Made by a program: the position numbers and the translations under genes. Of a stretch of DNA of 45,562 bases, positions 18,394-30,300 are shown one piece after another; position 1 is the first letter of the stretch, and each line of letters starts with the position of its first letter. The notes under the pieces are model-generated. The model was not told where the DNA came from and made no database searches. It worked only from the letters and a program-made list of their open reading frames with translations. The stretch comes from Callorhinchus milii (taxonomy: Eukaryota). The DNA lies in contig NW_024705427.1 in NCBI RefSeq assembly GCF_018977255.1, positions 1 to 45,562 on the forward strand, read 5' to 3'.

Positions 18394-21300
18394 AGGTAAT
18401 GGTGGTTGTGGTAGTGGTTGTAGTGGTAGTTGTAGTAGTTAGGTAATAGTGGTTGTGGTAGTGGTTGTAGTGGTAGTTGTAGTAGTTAGGTAATGGTGGT
18501 TGTGTTTGTAGTGGTAGTTATAGTAGTTAGGTAATGGTGGTTGTAGTGGTAGTTATAGTAGTTAGGTAATAGTGGTTGTGGTATTGGTTATAGTGGTAGT
18601 TGTAGCAGTTAGGTAATAGTGGTTGTGGTATTGGTTATAGTGGTAGTTATAGTAGTTAGGTAATAGTGGTTGTGGTAGTGGTTGTAGTGGCAGTTTTAGT
18701 AGTTAGGTAATGGTGGTTGTGGTTGTAGTGGTAGTTATAGTAGTTAGGTAATGGTGGTGGTAGTTGTTGTAGTGGTAGTTATAGCAGTTAGGTAATGGTG
18801 GTTGTGGTAGTTATAGTAGTTAGGTGATGTTGGTTGTGGTAGTGGTTGTAGTGGTAGTTATAGTAGTTAGGTAATAGTGGTTGTGGTAGTGGTTGTAGTG
18901 GTAGTTATAGTATTTAGGAAATAGTGGTTGTAGTGGTAGTTATAGTAGTTAGGTAATAGTGGTTGTAGTGGTAGTTTTAGTAGTTAGCTAATAGTGGTTG
19001 TGGTAGTGGTTGTAGTGGTAGTTATAGTAGTTAGGTAATGGTGGTTGTGGTAGTGGTTGTAGTGGTAGTTGTAGTAGTTAGGTAATGGTGGTTGTGGTAG
19101 TGGTTGTAGTGGTAGTTATAGTAGTTAGGTAATAGTGGTTGTGGTATTGGTTATAGTAGTTAGGTAATAGTGGTTGTCGTGGTAGTTATAGTAGTTAGGT
19201 AATAGTGGTTGTGGTAGTGGTTGTAGTGGTAGTTGTAGTAGTTAGGTAATAGTGGTTGTGGTAGTGGTTGTCGTGGTAGTTATAGTAGTTAGGTAAGTGG
19301 TTGTGGTTGTAGTGGTAGTTATAGTCGTTAGGTAATCATGGTTGTGGTAGTGGTCGTAGTGGTAGTTATAGTAGTTAGGTAAGTGGTTGTGGTAGTGGTT
19401 GAAGTGGTAGTTATAGTAGTTAGGTAATAGTGGTTGTGGTAGTGGTTGTAGTGGTAGTTATAGTAATTAGGTAATGGTGGTTGTGGTAGTGGTTGTGGTG
19501 GTAGTTATAGTAGTTAGGTAATGGTGGTAGTGGTTGTAGTGGTAGTTATAGTAGTTAGGTGATGGTGGTTGTGGTAGTGGTTGTAGTGGTAGTTATAGTA
19601 GTTAGGTAATGGTGGTTGTGGTAGTGGTTGTAGTGGTAGTTGTAGTAGTTAGGTAATGGTGGTTGTGGTAGTGGTTGTAGTGGTAGTTATAGTAGTTAGG
19701 TAATGGTGGTTGTGGTAGTGGTTGTAGTGGTAGTTGTAGTAGTTAGGTAATGGTGGTTGTGGTTGTAGTGGTAGTTATAGTAGTTAGGTAATGGTGGTGG
19801 TAGTTGTTGTAGTGGTAGTTATAGTAGTTAGGTAATGGTGGTTGTGGTAGTTATAGTAGTTAGGTGATGTTGGTTGTGGTAGTGGTAGTTGTAGTAGTTA
19901 GGTAATGGTGGTTGTAGTGGTAGTTATAGTAGTTAGGTAATGGTGGTTGTGGTAGTTATAGTAGTTAGGTGATGTTGGTTGTGGTAGTGGTAGTTGTAGT
20001 AGTTAGGTAATGGTGGTTGTAGTGGTAGTTATAATAGTTAGGTAATGGTGGTTGTAGTGGTAGTTATAGTAGTTAGGTAATGGTGGTGGTAGTGGTTGTA
20101 GTGGTAGTTATAGTAGTTAGGTAATGGTGGTTGTGGTAGTGGTTGTAGTGGTAGTTGTAGTAGTTAGGTAATGGTGGTAGTGGTTGTAGTGGTAGTTGTA
20201 GTAGTTAGGTAATGGTGGCTGTGGTAGTGGTTGTAGTGGTAGTTATAGTAGTTAGGTAAGTGGTTGTGGTAGTGGTTGTAGTGGTAGTTTTAGTAGTTAG
20301 GTAATGGTGGTAGTGGTTGTAGTGGTAGTTGTAGTAGTTAGGTAATGGTGGTTGTGGTAGTGGTCGTAGTGGTAGTTATAGTAGTTAGGTAAGTGGTTGT
20401 GGTAGTGGTTGTAGTGGTAGTTATAGTAGTTAGGTAATAGTGGTTGTGGTAGTGGTTGTCGTGGTAGTTATAGTAGTTAGGTAAGTGGTTGTGGTAGTGG
20501 TTGTAGTGGTAGTTATAGTAGTTAGGTAATAGTGGTTGTGGTAGTGGTTGTAGTGGTAGTTATAGTAATTAGGTAATGGTGGTTGTGGTAGTGGTTGTAG
20601 TGGTAGTTGTAGTAGTTAGGTAATGGTGGTTGTGGTTGTAGTGGTAGTTATAGTAGTTAGGTAATGGTGGTGGTAGTTGTTGTAGTGGTAGTTATAGTAG
20701 TTAGGTAATGGTGGTTGTGGTAGTTATAGTAGTTAGGTGATGTTGGTTGTGGTAGTGGTAGTTGTAGTAGTTAGGTAATAGTGGTTGTAGTGGTAGTTAT
20801 AGTAGTTAGGTGATGTTGGTTGTGGTAGTGGTAGTTGTAGTAGTTAGGTAATGGTGGTTGTAGTGGTAGTTATAATAGTTAGGTAATGGTGGTTGTAGTG
20901 GTAGTTATAGTAGTTAGGTAATGGTGGTGGTAGTGGTTGTAGTGGTAGTTATAGTAGTTAGGTAATGGTGGTTGTGGTAGTGGTTGTAGTGGTAGTTGTA
21001 GTAGTTAGGTAATGGTGGTAGTGGTTGTAGTGGTAGTTGTAGTAGTTAGGTAATGGTGGCTGTGGTAGTGGTTGTAGTGGTAGTTATAGTAGTTAGGTAA
21101 GTGGTTGTGGTAGTGGTTGTAGTGGTAGTTTTAGTAGTTAGGTAATGGTGGTAGTGGTTGTAGTGGTAGTTGTAGTAGTTAGGTAATGGTGGTTGTGGTA
21201 GTGGTCGTAGTGGTAGTTATAGTAGTTAGGTAAGTGGTTGTGGTAGTGGTTGTAGTGGTAGTTATAGTAGTTAGGTAATAGTGGTTGTGGTAGTGGTTGT

Positions 21301-24300
21301 CGTGGTAGTTATAGTAGTTAGGTAAGTGGTTGTGGTAGTGGTTGTAGTGGTAGTTATAGTAGTTAGGTAATAGTGGTTGTGGTAGTGGTTGTAGTGGTAG
21401 TTATAGTAATTAGGTAATGGTGGTTGTGGTAGTGGTTGTAGTGGTAGTTATAGTAGTTAGGTAATGGTGGTAGTGGTTGTAGTGGTAGTTATAGTAGTTA
21501 GGTGATGGTGGTTGTGGTAGTGGTTGTAGTGGTAGTTATAGTAGTTAGGTAATGGTGGTTGTGGTAGTGGTTGTAGTGGTAGTTGTAGTAGTTAGGTAAT
21601 GGTGGTTGTGGTAGTGGTTGTAGTGGTAGTTATAGTAGTTAGGTAATGGTGGTTGTGGTAGTGGTTGTAGTGGTAGTTGTAGTAGTTAGGTAATGGTGGT
21701 TGTGGTTGTAGTGGTAGTTATAGTAGTTAGGTAATGGTGGTGGTAGTTGTTGTAGTGGTAGTTATAGTAGTTAGGTAATGGTGGTTGTGGTAGTTATAGT
21801 AGTTAGGTGATGTTGGTTGTGGTAGTGGTAGTTGTAGTAGTTAGGTAATGGTGGTTGTGGTTGTAGTGCTAGTTATAGTAGTTAGGTAATGGTGGTTATA
21901 GTGGTAGTTATAGTAGTTAGGTAATGGTGGTGGTAGTGGTTGTAGTGGTAGTTATAGTAGTTAGGTAATGGTGGTTGTGGTAGTGGTTGTAGTGGTAATT
22001 GTAGTAGTTAGGTAATGGTGGTTGTGGTTGTAGTGGTAGTTATAGTAGTTAGGTAATGGTGGTTGTGGTAGTTATAGTAGTTAGGTGATGTTGGTTGTGG
22101 TAGTGGTAGTTGTAGTAGTTAGGTAATGGTGGTTGTGGTTGTAGTGCTAGTTATAGTAGTTAGGTAATGGTGGTTGTAGTGGTAGTTATAGTAGTTAGGT
22201 AATGGTTGTGGTAGTGGTTGTAGTGGTAGTTATAGCAGTTAGGTAATAGTGGTTGTGGTAGTGGTTGTAGTGGTAGTTTTAGTAGTTAGGTAAGTGGTGG
22301 TTGTGGTAGTGGTTGTAGTGGTAGTTATAGTAGTTAGGTAATGGTGGTTGTGGTAGTGGTTGTAGTGGTAGTTATAGTAGTTAGGTAATGGTGTTTGTGG
22401 TAGTTATAGTAGTTAGGTGATGTTGGTTGTGGTAGTGGTTATAGTGGTAGTTATAGTAGTTAGGTAATAGTAGTTGTAGTGGTAGTTATAGTAGTCAGGT
22501 AATAGTGGTTGTGGTAGTGGTTGTAGTGGTAGTTTTAGTAGTTAGGTAAGTGGTTTTGGTAGTGGTTGTAGTGGTAGTTATAGTAGTTAGGTAATAGTGG
22601 TTGTGGTAGTGGTTGTAGTGGTAGTTATAGTAGTTAGGTAATGGTGGTTGTGGTAGTGGTTGTAGTGGTAGTTGTAGTTAGGTAATGGTGGTTGTGGTAG
22701 TGGTTATAGTAGTTAGGTAATAGTGGTTGTCGTGGTAGTTATAGTAGTTAGGTAATGGTGGTTGTGGTAGTGGTTGTAGTGGTAGTTGTAGTAGTTAGGT
22801 AATGGTGGTTGTGGTTGTAGTGGTAGTTGTAGTAGTTAGGTAATGGTGGTTGTGGTAGTGGTCGTAGTGGTAGTTATAGTAGTTAGGTAAGTGGTTGTGG
22901 TAGTGGTTGTAGTGGTAGTTATAGTAGTTAGGTAATAGTGGTTGTGGTAGTGGTTGTAGTGGTAGTTATAGTAGTTAGGTAATGGTGGTTGTGGTAGTGG
23001 TTGTAGTGGTAGTTGTAGTTAGGTAATGGTGGTTGTGGTAGTGGTTATAGTAGTTAGGTAATAGTGGTTGTCGTGGTAGTTATAGTAGTTAGGTAAGTGG
23101 TTGTGGTAGTGGTTGTAGTGGTAGTTTTAGTAGTTAGGTAATGGTGGTAGTGGTTGTAGTGGTAGTTGTAGTAGTTAGGTAATGGTGGTTGTGGTAGTGG
23201 TCGTAGTGGTAGTTATAGTAGTTAGGTAAGTGGTTGTGGTAGTGGTTGTAGTGGTAGTTATAGTAGTTAGGTAATAGTGGTTGTGGTAGTGGTTGTCGTG
23301 GTAGTTATAGTAGTTAGGTAAGTGGTTGTGGTAGTGGTTGTAGTGGTAGTTATAGTAGTTAGGTAATAGTGGTTGTGGTAGTGGTTGTAGTGGTAGTTAT
23401 AGTAATTAGGTAATGGTGGTTGTGGTAGTGGTTGTAGTGGTAGTTATAGTAGTTAGGTAATGGTGGTAGTGGTTGTAGTGGTAGTTATAGTAGTTAGGTG
23501 ATGGTGGTTGTGGTAGTGGTTGTAGTGGTAGTTATAGTAGTTAGGTAATGGTGGTTGTGGTAGTGGTTGTAGTGGTAGTTGTAGTAGTTAGGTAATGGTG
23601 GTTGTGGTAGTGGTTGTAGTGGTAGTTATAGTAGTTAGGTAATGGTGGTTGTGGTAGTGGTTGTAGTGGTAGTTGTAGTAGTTAGGTAATGGTGGTTGTG
23701 GTTGTAGTGGTAGTTATAGTAGTTAGGTAATGGTGGTGGTAGTTGTTGTAGTGGTAGTTATAGTAGTTAGGTAATGGTGGTTGTGGTAGTTATAGTAGTT
23801 AGGTGATGTTGGTTGTGGTAGTGGTAGTTGTAGTAGTTAGGTAATGGTGGTTGTGGTTGTAGTGCTAGTTATAGTAGTTAGGTAATGGTGGTTATAGTGG
23901 TAGTTATAGTAGTTAGGTAATGGTGGTGGTAGTGGTTGTAGTGGTAGTTATAGTAGTTAGGTAATGGTGGTTGTGGTAGTGGTTGTAGTGGTAATTGTAG
24001 TAGTTAGGTAATGGTGGTTGTGGTTGTAGTGGTAGTTATAGTAGTTAGGTAATGGTGGTGGTAGTTGTTGTAGTGGTAGTTATAGTAGTTAGGTAATGGT
24101 GGTTGTGGTAGTTATAGTAGTTAGGTGATGTTGGTTGTGGTAGTGGTAGTTGTAGTAGTTAGGTAATGGTGGTTGTGGTTGTAGTGCTAGTTATAGTAGT
24201 TAGGTAATGGTGGTTGTAGTGGTAGTTATAGTAGTTAGGTAATGGTTGTGGTAGTGGTTGTAGTGGTAGTTATAGCAGTTAGGTAATAGTGGTTGTGGTA

Positions 24301-27300
24301 GTGGTTGTAGTGGTAGTTTTAGTAGTTAGGTAAGTGGTGGTTGTGGTAGTGGTTGTAGTGGTAGTTATAGTAGTTAGGTAATGGTGGTTGTGGTAGTGGT
24401 TGTAGTGGTAGTTATAGTAGTTAGGTAATGGTGTTTGTGGTAGTTATAGTAGTTAGGTGATGTTGGTTGTGGTAGTGGTTATAGTGGTAGTTATAGTAGT
24501 TAGGTAATAGTAGTTGTAGTGGTAGTTATAGTAGTCAGGTAATAGTGGTTGTGGTAGTGGTTGTAGTGGTAGTTTTAGTAGTTAGGTAAGTGGTTTTGGT
24601 AGTGGTTGTAGTGGTAGTTATAGTAGTTAGGTAATAGTGGTTGTGGTAGTGGTTGTAGTGGTAGTTATAGTAGTTAGGTAATGGTGGTTGTGGTAGTGGT
24701 TGTAGTGGTAGTTGTAGTTAGGTAATGGTGGTTGTGGTAGTGGTTATAGTAGTTAGGTAATAGTGGTTGTCGTGGTAGTTATAGTAGTTAGGTAATGGTG
24801 GTTGTGGTAGTGGTTGTAGTGGTAGTTGTAGTAGTTAGGTAATGGTGGTAGTTGTTGTAGTGGTAGTTATAGTAGTTAGGTAATGGCGGTTGTGGTAGTT
24901 ATAGTAGTTAGGTGATGTTGGTTGTGGTAGTGGTTGTAGTGGTAGTTATAGTAGTTAGGTAATAGTGGTTGTGGTAGTGGTTGTAGTGGTAGTTATAGTA
25001 TTTAGGAAATAGTGGTTGTAGTGGTAGTTATAGTAGTTAGGTAATAGTGGTTTTAGTGGTAGTTTTAGTAGTTAGCTAATAGTGGTTGTGGTAGTGGTAG
25101 TTGTAGAAGTTAGGTAATGGTGGTTGTGGTTGTAGTGGTAGTTATAGTAGTTAGGTAATGGTGGTTGTAGTGGTAGTTATAGTAGTTAGGTAATAGTGGT
25201 TGTGGTAGTGGTTATAGTGGTAGTTATAGTAGTTAGTTAATAGTAGTTGTAGTGGTAGTTATAGCAGTTAGGTAATAATGGTTGTGGTAGTGGTTGTAGT
25301 GGTAGTTGCAGAAGTTAGGTAATAGTGGTTGTAGTGGTAGTTATAGTAGTTAGGTAATGGTGGTTGTGGTAATGGTTGTAGTGGTAGTTTTAGTAGTTAG
25401 GTAAGTGGTGGTTGTGGTAGTGGTTGTAGTGGTAGTTATAGTAGTTAGGTAATGGTGGTTGTGGTAGTGGTTGTAGTGGTAGTTATAGTAGTTAGGTAAT
25501 GGTGTTTGTGGTAGTTATAGTAGTTAGGTGATGTTGGTTGTGGTAGTGGTTATAGTGGTAGTTATTGTAGTTAGGTAATAGTAGTTGTAGTGGTAGTTAT
25601 AGCAGTTAGGTAATAGTGGTTGTGGTAGTGGTTGTAGTGGTAGTTGCAGAAGTTAGGTAATAGTGGTTGTTGTGGTAGTTATAGTAGTTAGGTAATGGTG
25701 GTTGTGGTAGTGGTTGTAGTGGTAGTTTTAGTAGTTAGGTAAGTGGTGGTTGTGGTAGTGGTTGTAGTGGTAGTTATAGTAGTTAGGTGATGGTGGTTGT
25801 GGTAGTGGTTGTAGTGGTAGTTATAGTAGTTAGGTAATGGTGGTTGTGGTAGTGGTTGTAGTGGTAGTTGTAGTAGTTAGGTAATGGTGGTTGTGGTAGT
25901 GGTTGTAGTGGTAGTTGTAGTTAGGTAATAGTGGTTGTAGTGGTAGTTATAGTAGTTAGGTGATGGTGGTTGTGGTAGTGGTTGTAGTGGTAGTTATAGT
26001 AGTTAGGTAATGGTGGTTGTGGTAGTGGTTGTAGTGGTAGTTATAGTAGTTAGGTAATAGTGGTTGTGGTAGTGGCTGTAGTGGTAGCTGTAGTAGTTAG
26101 GTAATGGTGGTTGTGGTAGTGGTTGTAGTGGTAGTTATAGTAGTTAGGTAATGGTGGTAGTGGTTGTAGTGGTAGTTATAGTAGTTAGGTGATGGTGGTT
26201 GTGGTAGTGGTTGTAGTGGTAGTTATAGTAGTAAAGAAATGGTGGTTGTGGTAGTGGTTGTAGTGGTAGTTGTAGTAGTTAGGTAATGGTGGTTGTGGTA
26301 GTGGTTGTAGTGGTAGTTATAGTAGTTAGGTAATGGTGGTTGTGGTAGTGGTTGTAGTGGTAGTTGTAGTAGTTAGGTAATGGTGGTTGTGGTTGTAGTG
26401 GTAGTTATAGTAGTTAGGTAATAGTGGTGGTAGTTGTTGTAGTGGTAGTTATAGTAGTTAGGTAATGGTGGTTGTGGTAGTTATAGTAGTTAGGTGATGT
26501 TGGTTGTGGTAGTGGTTGTAGTGGTAGTTATAGTAGTTAGGTAATAGTGGTTGTGGTAGTGGTTGTAGTGGTAGTTATAGTATTTAGGAAATAGTGGTTG
26601 TAGTGGTAGTTATAGTAGTTAGGTAATAGTGGTTGTAGTGGTAGTTGTAGTAGTTAGCTAATAGTGGTTGTGGTAGTGGTAGTTGTAGTAGTTAGGTAAT
26701 GGTGGTTGTGGTTGTAGTGGTAGTTATAGTAGTTAGGTAATGGTGGTTGTAGTGGTAGTTATAGTAGTTAGGTAATAGTGGTTGTGGTAGTGGTTATAGT
26801 GGTAGTTATAGTAGTTAGTTAATAGTAGTTGTAGTGGTAGTTATAGCAGTTAGGTAATAGTGGTTGTGGTAGTGGTTGTAGTGGTAGTTGCAGAAGTTAG
26901 GTAATAGTGGTTGTAGTGGTAGTTATAGTAGTTAGGTAATGGTGGTTGTGGTAGTGGTTGTAGTGGTAGTTTTAGTAGTTAGGTAAGTGGTGGTTGTGGT
27001 AGTGGTTGTAGTGGTAGTTATAGTAGTTAGGTGATGGTGGTTGTGGTAGTGGTTGTAGTGGTAGTTATAGTAGTTAGGTAATGGTGGTTGTGGTAGTGGT
27101 TGTAGTGGTAGTTGTAGTAGTTAGGTAATGGTGGTTGTGGTAGTGGTTGTAGTGGTAGTTGTAGTTAGGTAATAGTGGTTGTAGTGGTAGTTATAGTAGT
27201 TAGGTAATAGTGGTTGTGGTAGTGGTTGTAGTGGTAGCTGTAGTAGTTAGGTAATAGTGGTTGTGGTATTGGTTATAGTAGTTAGGTAATAGTGGTTGTC

Positions 27301-30300
27301 GTGGTAGTTATAGTAGTTAGGTAATAGTGGTTGTGGTAGTGGTTGTAGTGGTAGTTTTAGTAGTTAGGTAAGTGGTTGTGGTAGTGGTTGTAGTGGTAGT
27401 TTTATTAGTTAGGTAATAGTGCTTGTGGTAGTGGTTGTAGTGGTAGTTATAGTAGTTAGGTAATGGTGGTTGTGGTAGTGGTTGTAGTGGTAGTTGTAGT
27501 TAGGTAATGGTGGTTGTGGTAGTGGTTATAGTAGTTAGGTAATAGTGGTTGTCGTGGTAGTTATAGTAGTTAGGTAATGGTGGTTGTGGTAATGGTTATA
27601 GTAGTAGTTATAGTAGTTAGGTAATAGTGGTTGTGGTAGTGGTTGTCGTGGTAGTTATAGTAGTTAGGTAATGGTGGTTGTGTTTGTAGTGGTAGTTATA
27701 GTAGTTAGGTAATGGTGGTTGTAGTGGTAGTTATAGTAGTTAGGTAATGGTGGTGGTAGTGGTTGTAGTGGTAGTTGTAGTAGTTAGGTAATGGTGGTTG
27801 TGGTAGTGGTTATAGTGGTAGTTATAGTAGTTAGGTAATAGTGGTTGTGGTTATAGTGGTAGTTATAGTAGTTAGGTAATAGTAGTTCAAGTGGTAGTTA
27901 TATTAGTTAGGTAATAGTGGTTGTGGTAGTGGTTGTAGTGGTAGATATAGTAGTTAGGTAATAGTGGTTGTGGTAGTGGTTATAGTGGTAGTTATAGTAG
28001 TTAGGTAATAGTGGTTGTGGTAGTGGTTGTAGTGGTAGTTGCAGTAGTTAGGTAATAGTGGTTGTAGTGGTAGTTATAGTAGTTAGGTAATGGTGGTTGT
28101 GGTAGTGGTTGTAGTGGTAGTTATAGTAGTTAGGTAAAGGTGGTAGTGGTTGTAGTGGTAGTTATAGTAGTTAGGTAATGGTGGTTGTGGTAGTGGTTGT
28201 AGTGGTAGTTAGGTAATAGTGGTTGTAGTGGTAGTAATAGTAGTTAGGTAATAGTGGTTGTGGTAGTGGTTGTAGTGGTAGTTGTAGTAGTTAGGTAATA
28301 GTGGTTGTTGTAGTGGTTATAGTAGTTATGTAATAGTGGTTGTGGTAGTGGTTGTAGTGGTAGTTTTAGTAGTTAGGTAAGTGGTTGTGGTAGTGGTTGT
28401 AGTGGTAGTTATAGTAGTTAGGTAATAGTGGTTGTGGTAGTGGTTGTAGTGGTAGTTATAGTAGTTAGGTAATGGTGGTTGTGGTAGTGGTTGTAGTGGT
28501 AGTTGTAGTAGTTAGGTAATGGTGGTTGTGGTAGTGGTTGTAGTGGTAGTTGTAGTTAGGTAATAGTGGTTGTAGTGGTAGTTATAGTTGTTAGGTAATA
28601 GTGGTTGTGGTAGTGGTTGTAGTGGTAGTTGTAGTAGTTAGGTAATAGTGGTTGTGGTATTGGTTATAGTAGTTAGGTAATAGTGGTTGTCGTGGTAGTT
28701 ATAGTAGTTAGGTAATAATGGTTGTGGTAGTGGTTGTAGTGGTAGTTTTAGTAGTTAGGTAAGTGGTTGTGGTAGTGGTTGAAGTGGTAGTTATAGTAGT
28801 TAGGTAATAGTGGTTGTGGTAGTGGTTGTAGTGGTAGTTATAGTAGTTAGGTAATGGTGGTTGTGGTAGTGGTTGTAGTGGTAGTTATAGTAGTTAGGTA
28901 ATGGTGGTTGTGGTAGTGGTTGTAGTGGTAGTTGTAGTAGTTAGGTAATGGTGGTTGTGGTAGTGGTTGTAGTGGTAGTTATAGTAGTTAGGTAATGGTG
29001 GTTGTGGTAGTGGTTGTAGTGGTAGTTGTAGTAGTTAGGTAATGGTGGTTGTGGTTGTAGTGGTAGTTGTAGTAGTTAGGTAATGGTGGTGGTAGTTGTT
29101 GTAGTGGTAGTTATAATAGTTAGGTAATGGTGGTTGTGGTAGTTATAGTAGTTAGGTGATGTTGGTTGTGGTTGTGGTTGTAGTGGTAGTTATAGTAGTT
29201 AGGTAATAGTGGTTGTGGTAGTGGTTGTAGTGGTAGTTATAGTATTTATGAAATAGTGGTTGTAGTGGTAGTTATAGTACTTAGGTAATAGTGGTTGTAG
29301 TGGTAGTTTTAGTAGTTAGCTAATAGTGGTTGTGGTAGTGGTAGTTGTAGTAGTTAGGTAATGGTGGTTGTGGTTGTAGTGGTAGTTATAGTAGTTAGGT
29401 AATGTTGGTTGTAGTGGTAGTTATAGTAGTTAGGTAATGGTGGTGGTAGTGGTTGTAGTGGTAGTTATAGTAGTTAGGTAATGGTGGTTGTGGTAGTGGT
29501 TGTAGTGGTAGTTGTAGTAGTTAGGTAATGGTGGTTGTGGTAGTGGTTGTAGTGGTAGTTATAGTAGTTAGGTAATAGTGGTTGTGGTAGTGGTTATAGT
29601 GGTAGTTATAGTAGTTAGGTAATAGTATTTGTAGTGGTAGTTATAGCAGTTAGGTAATAATGGTTGTGGTAGTGGTTGTAGTGGTAGTTGCAGTAGTTAG
29701 GTAATAGTGGTTGTAGTGGTAGTTATAGTAGCTAGGTAATAGTGGTTGTGGTTGTAGTGGTAGTTTTAGTAGTTAGGTAAGTGGTGGTTGTGGTAGTGGT
29801 TGTAGTGGTAGTTATAGTAGTTAGGTGATGGTGGTTGTGGTAGTGGTTGTAGTGGTAGTTATAGTAGTTAGGTAATGGTGGTTGTGGTAGTGGTTGTAGT
29901 GGTAGTTGTAGTAGTTAGGTAATGGTGGTTGTGGTAGTGGTTGTAGTGGTAGTTGTAGTTAGGTAATAGTGGTTGTAGTGGTAGTTATAGTTGTTAGGTA
30001 ATAGTGGTTGTGGTAGTGGTTGTAGTGGTAGTTGTAGTAGTTAGGTAATAGTGGTTGTGGTATTGGTTATAGTAGTTAGGTAATAGTGGTTGTCGTGGTA
30101 GTTATAGTAGTTAGGTAATAATGGTTGTGGTAGTGGTTGTAGTGGTAGTTTTAGTAGTTAGGTAAGTGGTTGTGGTAGTGGTTGAAGTGGTAGTTATAGT
30201 AGTTAGGTAATAGTGGTTGTGGTAGTGGTTGTAGTGGTAGTTATAGTAGTTAGGTAATGGTGGTTGTGGTAGTGGTTGTAGTGGTAGTTATAGTAGTTAG

